64,000 nt of DNA, from contig CM119270.1 of the NCBI GenBank assembly GCA_051294375.1, positions 2,095,535-2,159,534 on the forward strand, read 5' to 3'. Both the position numbers and the translations under genes were made by a program. Under the pieces are notes generated by a model. It was not told where the DNA came from and did not search any database. It saw only the letters and a program-made list of their open reading frames with translations. Origin of the DNA: Paraspadella gotoi. Lineage: Eukaryota; Animalia; Chaetognatha. Positions 28,753 to 42,019 of the stretch are shown here, piece after piece (positions within the stretch are counted from its first letter, which is position 1; every line of letters starts with the position of its first letter).

Positions 28753-30710
28753 CTACAAATAAAGAAAAAGCTGCATTGAGACTGTGATACAAGTAAGAAA
28801 GTTTGGGAGGTTCGAGGCAAACGTGACCGACAGACAGATTCACAGACAGATATAACGGAAATATACAGACAGAGCAGAAGCAATCCAATTGGGATAGATA
28901 AAAGACTTAATTTTGCACGAAATAAGGAAAGGACAAAAATTAATCGAAACATTTCCGTCGTGATGACAAAAACATAATAAGGAAATTAGCACAAAAATGA
29001 TAAACAACCAACAACAACAAACAACAACAACGCCGACTCATTTATGCTCCGTCGCCTTCCGTCAATGGAATCCGAAACCAGAGAAAAAAATGACATCGTC
29101 TCATAATTTCTTCATTTCCGGCGCGAGAGTGAGAGAGAGAGAGAGAGAGGTGAGAGAGAGAGAGAGAGAGAGAGTGAGAGAGAGAGAGAGAGAGAGTGAG
29201 AGAGAGTGCTGCCCATCTCTGTCCCGTCTTGCTGTTTTATTATCCTCGTTGCTGTTTTGTTTTCCCAATGATGATGATAATAAAACATTCGATTTTGAAG
29301 AGTGCGCTTGCTATTTTTGTTCGCTGAAAAAGATAATTGGTTTTTTAAATAGCGATTACTAACGTAAGTAAAGCGATGAGTCTGAGTTTTTAATACTGAG
29401 GATGAATAGTCTAATACATACCTATTTTTTTCCGCTAAAGTTAAAAAGTGTCTCTTAGATTGGTCTTTAATTTCTAATCGAATCAAACTTGTTGCATAGG
29501 AATATATTTATGAAATTGGTACAACCAATATAAATTATCCGATTAATTTTATAAATAAGCTATCTTGCCCCTACTTTTGAGTTTTAAAAGATCATGTGGC
29601 TTGTATTTTATGTCTGTAAAAAAATTTATGTGAATGTACAGCATCTATATTTTTCCTTCTTTTTTTTTCTTCTCAGATTTCCTGAGATTTTCGGGTCTTT
29701 TCTTTTTGTCTTTTTTTTTCTTTTTTTTCTTTTTTTTCTTTTTTTCTTTTTTTATTATTTTTTTTTTCTTTTTTTTTTCGTTCTTTTTTTTCCTCCCTCC
29801 CTTAATTTTTCATCCAGCTCTATACTGAGAGAATCAGATCCCATCTATCAAGCTATCATCGCTTCACTCCTCTCTTCATTCTCTTTCTCTCGCTCTCGTC
29901 CTTCTTTCTTTCTCTCGGTCTCTCCACTCGCGCTTCTCCTCCATCGTGTTGTTCCCTCCAGGCTCCCTCTCACTCTAACACCCTCCTTTCCTCCTCATCT
30001 CTCACACTTTTGCCCTCTCTCCTCTCTTACAACATTCACTCTTCACGCCATATTGTTCCTCATTCTTTCTGTCAGTCTCTCCCTTCTCTTCTCTCCTTTC
30101 TCTCTCTCACTTCGTCTCTCTCTATCTCTGAATCTCTCTTCTCCTCTCTTTCTCTCTTTCTGTTCTATCTCTCTTTTATCCTCCTTACCTCACAGTTCAT
30201 AACTTAATGACTCCTCAAGTACCTTTGCTTTCTCAATTTCTCCCCACTCTCTCAACTCTCTCCTCATTTCGCCTCTTGCCCTTTTATCCTCTCAACCTCT
30301 TGGCCTATGCGCCCTCATTTCACGCAACATCTCGCGCTTCCTGTAAGCAAAAGATTTCCGCGCTTTGCTGGCGTTGACTCAAAAAAGGGAAATAAAAAAG
30401 TGTTTTTAAGTATTGACCGACGAAGACGACGCAGCGACCGACGACGACGACGAACGACGAAGACGACCGAAAACAACAAACAAGCGAAACCTTTGAAGGC
30501 CACGATTGGCTGAAACATTTGGGCAGAGAGAGAGGAGAGAGAGAGACGAGAGAGAGATAGAGAGAGAGAAAGAGTTCGATTAACAATAAGAGAGAGAAGA
30601 GATACAGAGAATCAAAAGAGGATAGTGCATAATTGATATTGAAAATATGGAGAAAGAGCTTTAAGGCAGAGAGAGAGAGAGAGAGAAGAAAGAGAGAGAG
30701 GAGAGAGAGA

Positions 30711-30750
<40 letters not shown>

Positions 30751-32797
30751 TCGAACACGATTGATCGAAAACGTCTTTGCGGCGAACTATCGTCGTTCGT
30801 CGCTCATCGGTCGCTCGTCCGTTGTCGTCGCCGCTCATCGTCGTCACGATCGTCGTCGTCGTCGTCGTCTCAATCGTCATCGTCACCTACATCGTCTGCC
30901 GCTCATCGTCTCCGTAACGAGTGTCGTTCGGAACCGCTGATGCTCCATTGTCCATGTTGGAACTCCAAACAGAAATCCCACGTCAAGCTAAAAGAAAAAA
31001 AAAGGTTTTCTGCTTTTATCTAAGTAATCTCTCTTCTTTTATAGTTCCTATCTCTCCCTTATCATCTAATTTTAATCTCCTAATTTCCCCAGTTTTTCAT
31101 CTTTATGTCTAAATAATCTCTCTTCTTTTATATTTCCTAGTTTCCCTTCTCAATCTAATTTTATCTCCTAATTTCGCCTAAATTTTCCCTTATATCATAG
31201 ATATTCTCCTCTCTATTTTATTTCCTCTCTCTCTTTTCTAAATTTCCTCTAATAATCCTCTCCTTACATTTTTATTAATTTCTTTAATTTTAATTTTATT
31301 TTAATTTATTTAATTTATTTAATTATTATTTTAATTTAATTTAATTTAAATTTAATTTATAAAATTAATTTTTAATTTTCTTTATTTTCTTAACTCCTGT
31401 CTCTTATCGCTCTTCCTCTCTTCCTCTCTTCATTTTCGATATAACTAGTTTTTTTTCACGCATACTAAGCGCGGGTCCGTTCCGCACTATGAGAAACCAT
31501 TCAAGTTTCGCATATCCAATCTCACAAACGATGACAACCACGAACATTGATCGCAGCTCGACTCCAAAACCACCACTGCAAAACAACCCTGCAAAAACAA
31601 CCCTCAAAAAATAAACACCCCGACGAAACAACAAGATCAATCTTCCCTAATTTCCAATTCGAGTTTCCTCCTTTTCACTTTAAAAAGTGGTCTAGTCCCT
31701 CAATACCCCCCTTATTCCACCCCGCCTCGCGCCCACCTCTACACTGTCCCTCGCATTAACTCTTCCCCCCCTAAAAACCGAATCGCCCTCTATCGTCTCC
31801 GCCTCCCCCCCCTTTCCCTCCTACCCCCCCCGCGAATCCTTCGGCACCGTTTACAATCGGCATCGGCTGCATGCGTCTTCTCACTTCAGGATCTCCGGTT
31901 CGAGGCTTTCCGGCTGTACGGGGATTCACCATTCACTTCGTTTCCAGGTTCGACGATTCGCGCGCGAAACGGAAACGCCTATTCCCGTTGTTTTGTTGGC
32001 TGTTGTTTGTTGGCTGTTGTTGTTGATGTTGCTGTGTTGTCATTGGTGTTGTTGTCGATTTTTGTTTTAGGTAGGTGTTGTCATTAGTTTGTTTTTATGT
32101 TGTTCTTGAATTTCATATGTGGTTTAGTTGATTCGCTTTTTTAAGAAATAATGAAAGGCTTAAATTATGAACCAAATAACATAACAGTTACATTTGTGTT
32201 AATCGTACATAGTATTGTTGAGTCTAACGAGTCATAAGGACACATTTAATGAGAAATTTATTTTGTTTATTCATGATTCGTGTCAATTACATCCCATTTG
32301 TTTTTCGATTGTCGAAGCATTTCTATCTCTCTCTCTCTCTCCTCTCCACAATCTCTCCACGGATCCTCCTCCTCCAAACATCACTCGTCTTCTCATCATC
32401 TTCCGTCTCTCTCTCTCTCCATCTCTCTTCTCTCTCTCTCTCCATCTCTGCTCTAGATCTCATCCCCTCTCTTTCCACAATAATAGGCGCCATCTTGTAC
32501 TATTTCTCCGCGAAATCGGATACATACAGGCGTCCGGAAAAAACGGCGCCGGTGGTTATTTCGGCGTCCGAAACAACGGCGCATAAACGGAGTTTTTTTT
32601 TTTATCGGCGTCCGCTTCATCTCTTTCTGCTGTGGATGCTGAAAAGAGATGTGAAGGTGTGTGAGAGAATTACCACTATTCTCGTTTGGACAATAAATCA
32701 TTCTTTGTAACATTACAGACAGAAAGTATCTAAAACACAAACACGTTTCAGGAGAAGAAAGAAAGAGAGAGAGAAGAGAGAGAAGAGAGAGGAGAGA

Positions 32798-32836
<39 letters not shown>

Positions 32837-33059
32837 AGAGAGGAAAGAAAATAGAAATTAATGAGACCTTTTTATTTTGTCGTCTGACATTCTTCCATTT
32901 TCAAATGCGAACGGTTTTAATTTTATAAGTTTTCCATCCCTGAAAAGATCACGCCCACGCCAACCGGAAGTAATGATACAGTAAGAAAGTTGGGAGGTTC
33001 GAGGCAAACGTACCGACAGACAGATTCACAGACAGATATAACGGAAAATACACAGACAA

Positions 33060-36000
33060 GTATGTTTGTTGTTGTGGTTGGTTGTTGATCATTTTTGTGC
33101 CTAATATTCCTATTATGTCTGTTTGTCATCACGAGCGGAAATGTTTCGATTGATTTTTGTCCTATTCCTTATGTCGTGCCAAAATTACAGTCTCTTAATC
33201 TATCCAATTGGTATTGTGCTGCTCTGTCTCGTTAGCTCTGTATTTTCCGTTGATATATGTCTCGGTGAATGCTGCTGCTCGGTACCGTTTGCCTCGAACG
33301 CCTCCCAACTTCTTTGCTTAGCTGTAAATCACAGTCTCAATGCCAGCTTTTCTCCTTTCTATTTGTAGGCTGGCAAACCCCGTCTTTTTCCCAGCCGACA
33401 AGATCACGGAGCTCAGTGCGCAGACGCCACACTAGAAGCTTAAGCATCATGGACGTATTCCAAGTTTCGTTATATAGTCAGTCTGTACGCCATAACAATA
33501 CCTTCTTGAAACACAACCCCGGGGTGAAAAACACTATAATTACTGTATGAGTTATGTAGATCAGCTCTAGTGCGTATCACTTATTATTGCGTTTTCGTTA
33601 TATTTCCTGCCTTACCTTTCCCAGAAGTTTCATTCCCGTTAACTACCTATGCCACAAAGTATTTCATCGATCCACCATCGTTCATGTTCTAGTGTAACGT
33701 TATCATGTTTATTTAATGTTGATTAATGTGTTATCTTATTGATTGTTTCGATTGCCATAGCCAAATGGCAATTTTGGTTATTCTGTTTAATGCCATTACT
33801 AGAATCACTCTATCATGCTCTGATTCATTTTATTCAGGTTTCTGTTATTAATTTATGATGCAACAAAAAAAGACCTTTGTTCTTGGAAACAATTTTAATT
33901 ACTGTCAACCTCTAGAACAATCTCAGTCAGACGGCGTGGACGCACACCCGCTGGCCGAAAACCGACGCCATCTCATTTCTCCGTTCTGGCGCTTTTAATG
34001 CACCGTTCGCACATATTGACAAGTTCACCCCTATGCATTAAATCGGTCTTATTCTCAGGTTCAACGTCCAAACAAATTTAGTAGTTTTCTATTTCATGAA
34101 AAGTTAAACTTGTCTGCTACCCGAATAAAACAAAATACGTGTTTTTGACGAAAATGCTCAAAGCGCTACTTTGTCAACAGCGCCGCGAGAGTTCTCGCTT
34201 CCCAGCTCCCTTGAATGCGTCACTACTAAAGGACTGTTTGTTCAATTCCTTGCTACATTCTTCTTTACTTCTTCTTGTCTTTCTTTCTTTTTTTCTTCTT
34301 TCTTTCTGTTCTTCTTTCCTTTCTTTCTTTCTTTTTCTTTTCTTTCTTTCTTTCTTTCTTTCTTTCCTTTCTTTCTTCTTCTTTTTGCATACTTTTTTTT
34401 CTATTTCTTTATCTTTTTTCTTCTTTCTTTTCTTTCTTTCCTTCTTTCATTGGTTTCTTTCTTTGATCTTTTTTTTCTTTCTGTCCAATCTACTTTTATC
34501 TTATTTCTTTAATTTTTTTTTCCAATTTTCCATTGTTTATCATTTCGATGTACCAGATTCTCAACTGTGTTTTCTCGTTTTACGTTTTTCTTCATGTATT
34601 AGAATACACGCCGTCTTCGACTATACCATCGGTTTCTCTTTTATATTCCCTCCTCTTTTTTCTCATCTTCTCTATCTTCATCTTTTTCTTTTTACTTTAA
34701 TTTTCTTTTCGTTTCATTTACTATTTCACCTTCAATTCTCAATTATTTCTTTCATCTCTTTCCTCTCTTTCGTTTATTTTTTTTATTTCTATTTTCCTTC
34801 CATTTTTTCGTTATTTTATTTTTTTACTTTCCTTCCCATTTTTCCAACTTTGTTTTCAATTTACTTACCTTTGTCGTATTTTTTTTTCCATTATCTTCAT
34901 CTTAATTCCTCTTCTCCTCCTTTTTCGTTATTATTTTTCCCCTTTCCTCCTATTCCACTTATTCCTCTTTTACCTACTTTTCTTTCCTTCTCTTTCGCTC
35001 CCTCTTTTCGTTATTCTCTTTTCTTCCGTTGCCGATTCCACTTTTCTTTTCCTCCATTTTCCCCCCCTTTTCTTATCTTTTCATTTTCTTCCTCCCTTTT
35101 TTCCCTCTTTTCTTCTTTTACTTTCCTCCATTTCTTCGCTGTTTCTTATTTTTCTCCGATACGAACTAAAATCGCATAAAAGGAGATAAACATGCTGCCG
35201 CCTTCCTTCGCCTTTGTCTCATTTTTTCCCCTTGAATTTTCGACATTCATCACTTATGAGATGCCGCTCGTCCGATCCATTCTCCAAAATTTTTTTAAAA
35301 ATTTTCTTTCTTTTTTTTTAAAATAATCTTCTAGTTTTCTTTCCAATCGTCTCACTATTCTTTCGCTCCTGCATGCGAGGTGCGCCATTTTATCACGAAA
35401 TCAAAAGATTCTATGTGAAAAAAATATTAGACTCTCTTCCCTCTCCGAGGTTTTCTTCCACCACGCGTTTAACCCAGACCGGAGTTTTATTCTCTTAAGA
35501 TCTTCTGCTTCTGATTTCGAGACTAAGAACGCATTTACGGATATTCTTATTCCAAACGCGCTTCACTCGAAGTCACGCGAGCAACCGCAAAAAGTACCAG
35601 AACTTACCACGAAAGCAGGACGGCCGGGGCGGGTGGCCGGTTGGCGGCGGGCGTGGTGACGCATTAAGATGTCCCGACTCAAATTGAAGCTAATAACAAA
35701 GAAAGAAATTCATACGAGACCTTCGAAGAGTAAACAAAGCATTCTCGGAGACATAGAAAAACAAACGAGGGAGCAAAGGCGGAGGAGAAAACAATTTAAC
35801 GAGGAAAAGGAAAAAAAACAGTTCGTTAAGCAAAGAGCGGTCAACGATTGACGAAGGACGGCACGACGGACGGACTGCTGATAGACGAGAGCATGAGAGA
35901 AGACAGACGAGCGACGAGACGAGACGGAGAGAGAGAGGAGAGAAGAGACCGATGGAGAGAGAAGCAGAGAGAGAGACGAGCAAGGGAGAGGGGGCGGAAA

Positions 36001-37999
36001 AGACCAAAACGGAGGCCCGGACAGTGCGACTGACTGCAATCTGAAGACGGATGGACAAAGACGAAGAGGAGAAAAAATGAGGAAATCGAGCAGGGGATTT
36101 TAAAAATCGCGGACGAGACTGGACAATTTGAAATCGAGGGACGCCGTTAAGACGCGCACGGACGGACGGACCCGCGAACCCGCATAAAAGAAATGGAGCA
36201 CCGAAGAAGGAGTTTGATTACGAAGCAACCAAAATGAGCAAATTAAAAATTGATGGAATGCCCGCATGGCGATGGATGGCCTGCTTGGCATAGAGAGCGG
36301 TGCGTGAGGGCTCGCATGAACCCAGATAGCAGTAGACGGAAGGCGTGGCATTGTCACTTGAATTGCCGTTGCCCAGGCAACGACTAACTTTCGTCTTTCT
36401 GAGATGCCTGTCTTGCCCGAGTCGCACTTCCACGCCGACTAACTTTCAGCGTTTTCTTTTAGCGTTGAAGGCGTTGCATAATCTGCGCAGGCTACGAATA
36501 TTCAGCTTGGCCGCTTCAAGTTGAAACGGGGGGGGATCACGCCATTCTTGGCTGGGAACTAACATTCAGGCGCAATTATAACATTACAGGTCTCTACATT
36601 CGCATATGAATGGGTTGCCATATCTACGGCCATTTGCGGGACTTTAAACATTCAGCTTACCTGCCATCGCGAAGACTAACATTTCACTCTTGCTTTTGGG
36701 TTGAATGGCGTTTGCATTTCTGCGCAGGTATCGAAAACATTGCAGCTGCATTAGATTGAATGCCCGCGTCGCACTTCTTGCCCCAAGGTCTAGGCATTCC
36801 AGCCGCTTTACGACATTAGACAGTGCGCGTCACCATTCCTTGCCGAAGGTTCACTAGCATTCAGCGAATTAGGATCGAATAAGGGGTCGCATTCTCTCTC
36901 GGCCGATAGTCGGCATTCTAACCAAGTCTCAGCGACTCCAGGACTTGTCAGCCTTCGCTTTGTGCGACCAACGATTCCAACCAAAAACACAACCATAAAA
37001 AACACAACAAATAACAAGTTTCTCCACTGATATCTGGATTTGACCGGCGCTGAAGGGCGGGCCATTAAGAGCAGGCGATATTGGAGGAACAGGCACGACG
37101 GAAGAGGCAGAGGAGGCACGCCTGACTGGTGGCAAATTGTTGCAAAGCAGTTCGCCTTATTTATTTGCTTCGACCGCAATTTCTCTTGATTTGGTTTCAG
37201 AGACATGGGTACATTCGGCAGAGGCATACCATTTGCCTTTGTCGCGGGCACTGTCTCCGTTATGTCGTCTTGAACTATTCTAAGAGGGTTTTTTTGCTTG
37301 TTTTGTTTTTCTTTGCTTGCATCCTCTTATCTACTTTTTATATTTGTTTTCTTGCCAAATTCAAGGAGGAAAATCTTTGTCCAATGCTTGTGAAAATACC
37401 GAACGACGCAAAATAAAAATCACGCGCTATTTCGCCTTCCTCGACTTTTTGCACTCCATCACCACCTCCTACAGATGGCAGACCCTTGCAAGACTTTCTC
37501 CTCACAGTGCGGTGCGTCCTTCTTCTTCCCCCAGAGTTTTCCTGGCCCTTCGTTCAAATTAATGAAGGCTTATTAATGTATATCTATTTTTTTTGCCTTT
37601 TCCTTTTGCGGTATTACTGTCCCAACATTTCATTAATTACTTTTCAATATTGTTTTTTCTCCAATTTAAATATTCTTGTTTAGCTTTGTTTGTCTAGTTA
37701 GTTTGCTTAAGTTTACTCGATTCGCTTATTCTTCCATCCGTTCCTTTCTTATCGTAGCTTCTCCGCCGCGTCTGTCGTTTCTGCTCGCGCCGCGATCACA
37801 CGGGGAAGAGGACGGCAAGAAAACTCTATCTTCGAGGAAGACAACCGAGAGGCAGAGACCGACCCGACGACGATCCGAGACTAGAGGAGACGAAGGAGAG
37901 AAGAGAACGAGAGAGAAGAGAGCAGAGCTCCAGTAGACGAGAGCATATCGCAAGCAGTGTGAGATACTCGGACCCACGCTGCGAGATCGCAGAGACTCT
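33060..37999 (-). repeat. Noisy inverted copy of ~22965-29010
   Basis: Reverse-complement colinearity throughout; ORF-track peptides 23026..23262(-) and 37676..37936(+) share an identical stretch (RLSFLLAPRSHGEEDGKKTLSSRKTTERQRPTRRRSETRGDEGEKRTREKRAELQ). Confidence 0.9.
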
Positions 38000-38024
38000 N
38001 NNNNNNNNNNNNNNNNNNNNNNNN

Positions 38025-39373
38025 ACAACAACAACAACAACAACAACGCCGACTCATTTATGCTCCGTCGCCTTCCGTCAATGGAATCCGAAACCAGAGA
38101 AAAAAAATGACATCGTCTCATAATTTCTTCATTTCCGGCGCGAGAGTGAGAGAGAGAGAGAGAGAGAGTGAGAGAGAGAGAGAGAGAGAGTGAGAGAGAG
38201 AGAGAGAGAGTGAGAGAGAGTGCTGCCATCTCTGTCGCCCGTCTTGCTGTTTTATTATCCTCGTTGCTGTTTTGTTTTCCAATGATGATGATAATAAAAC
38301 ATTCGGAATTTTGAGAGTGCGCTTGCTATTTTTGTTCGCTGAAAAGATATTGGTTTTTAAATAGCGATTACTACGTAAGTAAACGATGAGTCTGAGTTTT
38401 TAATACTTAGGATGAATAGTCTAATACATACCTATTTTTTCCCTAAAGTTAAAAGTGTCTCTTAGATTTGTCTTTAATTTCTAATCGAAATCAAACTTGT
38501 TGCATAGGAATATATTTATGAAATTGGTACAACCAATATAAAAATTATCCATTAATTTTATAAATAAGCTATCTTGCCCCTAACTTTTAGTTTTAAAGAT
38601 CATGTGGCTTGTATTTTGTCTGTAAAAAAATTTATGTGATGTACAGCATCTATATTTTTCTTCTTTTTTTTCTCTCCAGATTTTCCTGCAGATTTTCGGG
38701 TCTTTTCTTTTTTGTCTTTTTTTTTCTTTTTTTTCTTTTTTTTCTTTTTTTTCTTTTTATTCTTTTTTTTTCTTTTTTTTCGTTTTTTTTTCTTCCCCTC
38801 CCCTTAATTTTTCATCAGCTTCTCTCGAGAAATCAGTCCCACTCTATCAAGCTATCTCGCTCACTCGCTCTCTTCATCTCTCTTTCTCTCGCTCTCTCCT
38901 TCTTTCTTTCTCTCGGTCTCTCCACCTCGCGCTCTCTCCTCACATTTTTTTCTCAACACCTTACTCTAACACCCTCTTTCCTCTCAAATCCTTTCAACTT
39001 TTGCCCTCTCCTCTCTCTACACGTTACCTCACGCCATATTGGTCCTCATTCTTGCGGTCAGTCTCTCCCTCTCTCTCTCTCTCTCTCTCTTTCTCTTTCT
39101 ATCTCTCTTTTATCCTCTTACCTCACAGTTCATACTTACACTCCTCAAGTACCTTTGCTTTCTCAATTTCTCCCCACTCTCTCACTCTCCCTCATTTCGC
39201 CCTCTTGCCCTTTTATCCTCTAACCCTCTTGGCCTATCGCCCTCATTCACGCACTCTCGCTTCCTGTAAGCAAAGATTTCCCGCGCTTTGCTGCGTTGAC
39301 CAAAAAAGGGAAATAAAAAAGTGTTTAAGTATTGACCGACGAAGACGACGACGACGACGACGACGACGACGAC
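38025..39373 (+). repeat. Direct copy of ~29012-30445, bounded by two 25-N gaps
   Basis: caacgccgactcatttatgctccgtcgcc ... aagtattgaccgacgaagacgacg repeated. Confidence 0.9.
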
Positions 39374-39398
39374 NNNNNNNNNNNNNNNNNNNNNNNNN

Positions 39399-42015
39399 AA
39401 GACAATATTAACGGGCCACCGCCAGAGCGCGGACCGATCCGACAATTACCAATGGAAATCGTAAAGGTTAAACTAAATGGTATTCGATCATGGCCTCGAA
39501 TCGATATACCACCTTACTGAAATAACACTCCTATCGCCGCCCCGCGGAACGAAATCGGATTTTAAAGTTAAATCGAACTGACTAAGAACTGATTTTCACC
39601 GGTCAAACCTTCAAACGTCCTGGCGGAAGCCAAAAGGTGGGATTTCCCAATCTCGAAAAAACCAGTACCCGAAAGTCACAGCTAAAAAATTTCAATTTCT
39701 AATATTTTTCACCGCAGCTACCCGCGTCGTCAGTCAGATCGCCACCGCGTTCTCCAAACATTCCTCCAGGCATCCCCAGGCATCCATCAACGAATCCAAC
39801 GATAGAAGGGCCTCCGATGAAAAATACAAATTGTAGATCCTTGAACATCGTCTCCTTACCAAATGTTTAGAGTGACGCTCTCAACCATACTACGACAACG
39901 AAAAACCCTTTATTCTGAACCTACCGGAAAAATAGGTAGTTAAATTGAGACAATCTAAAAAATACTAAACTTTTCGGCTTTTTCATAACTGTAACTAAAC
40001 GTGGAAGCGTTGAAGGTTTGTAATTTTGATATAAAATAAAAATTGACAAGCTCTTATCTACCTGCTATGTCCGTAGTTTAGTAGGTAGTAGGTTGCAAAA
40101 TATAAAAAATGGTTTAGACTAGTCCTTTAAAACGAAATCAATTCTATCAAACTACTAAACCCGAAAAAATACATAAACCTAAAAATCTAATACATCTAGA
40201 ACAGAAGCCCAGCATACTGGGAATGCGTGAAGCGCGAAGTTATTTATTTGGTTTAACCTTACTTTTAAGCATCCGAATGCCGAACAGCAACGCAGATCAA
40301 ATATTTCGGCAGGGGTAAAACTACAAGACTACGGGATGGGACGTGAGCATGCTCTAACCTGCCAAAACAAGTAAGCAAAGCAAAATAACGATGATAAACC
40401 TTTCGTCGCTAGCCTCCCTGCTCCAGCTCTACTGCTATCTTATTTTTAAAGGGAGAAAAACACAAAAAAAAAAATGAGACGTACAAACATGTCCGAACAA
40501 TTACGAACCAGCGACCTGCCCTAAGGAAAGCCGGACACAAACGTAAGACGGGTAAGTACATAAAGGGGATTCTCGTAAGCGACCCCCCTACCAACTAAGA
40601 GAAAAAGCGGTCCCGTTAAAAGCATAGTCAAACCTATCGTTACCGATTTAGGCAAGAAAAAAGGTGTCAGAGTACCCGACGGAACTTTTCCCAATACCGA
40701 TTCAGAGTCGGAACCAGCTGTACGGCTAAGCCGAAAGCCGCACGCCTGCTGACGACGCGCCCAGGCGAGACAGTCATGACAGGTTCGTACCGTCACTTCC
40801 GAAAACCTAAAGTTGCAATCTTTGACCAGTCGACTCGACGAAAACTCGTTCCGTCAAGAGATTTCGAAAGTCGAGGGCAAAAAACTTTACAAAAGCGAAA
40901 AAATGTTAGGGGCAAAAACTATATGAATATAAATACATTTCATAAGGAGAAACGATTATATATCCTTACCTACCTTACATTTCGCTCTCCTCTGAGCTAC
41001 CAAAAATAAGACAAACTAAATAAATACAAAAAATGCGACAGATGGGTGTTTTCTAAGCAGATGGGTGGTTTTTTTGCAACACACCTCCGAAGTAGCGGTT
41101 TCGTCTTTCCGTTCTTGAGTTCCTTGCGCGGGAAAAGACACGCCTTTTGGCCGAGCACCTCACTAGTTGGTTTATGTTCCTCCTCTTCACTCAACCAAAA
41201 ACTCTTTGACCTTACTCTAATTTTACCTTTTTTCTCAACTCATACAAAAGACCTAAAGACCGAAACCCGACAAACGTACAAGTGTGCTGACGATGGTCAA
41301 GTTCATTTTTCTAAAAAATAAAAATCAAAAAAATTAAACCTTTGTTATTTCGTCGCGGCCTAAGGACTTAAATACTAAAAAGTTCGTAAAAATATTAAAA
41401 TTTTTCTTAAAGGAAAACGAAAACAACAGTATTTTTAAAAAGCCTAAATATTTGCTAAAAAATTTACTAAATTTTTAATTCTGAAAAAATTGGCCTCCAC
41501 CCCCCCGCAACGAACGGAAGAGGAAGCGAAACGGAGACCTAGATTCGTACCAAAAAAAGCAAAAAAATTTTTCTCAAAAAAAAAATTTAGGCGCCCCAAA
41601 AAAAACGTCAGATCGGAGCCCCCAAAAAATACAAGGAGTCACTACGTTCGTAGTGGTTTAATGTATTGTGGTTGGGTGCGGGGGGGAAACGGGGCGGGAA
41701 AATTTCCCAAATTTCTCCCGATCGTAAAGCTCTGCGAAGATCCGGGGAAAAAGGCATGGATGGGAGTTTGTAAATAACACTTACTCCCGACAGATTTTAA
41801 TGCCGAGGCCCGCGTTACAATCGAATTTGTTCGTAAGTGAGGCTTAACCTCTGGTCCTCCATCGTCGCAGAAACTCCTCTACACCACAAAAATAACAACA
41901 ATATTATCAAAACAAAAGAAATATTGATTTTTTTGTATAAACCTAAGTAACAATTGTTCATATGCAAAAATCAACGGTCCATAGCAATTACATTTAATTA
42001 TTATTCACCGACAAT
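39399..42015. other. Compositionally alien segment, probably not genuine host sequence at this locus
   Basis: 2.6 kb with no GA/GAC microsatellites; begins at a 25-N gap and ends fused to a third copy of the ~30.9 kb locus; word usage looks like reversed/complement-only DNA. Confidence 0.55.
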
Positions 42016-42019
42016 GCTC

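Noticed and set aside
39399-42015. Horizontal gene transfer or endogenous virus
   Set aside because: No recognisable ORF on either true strand; bounded by a 25-N gap and a duplicated junction; artefact or contaminant is more parsimonious.
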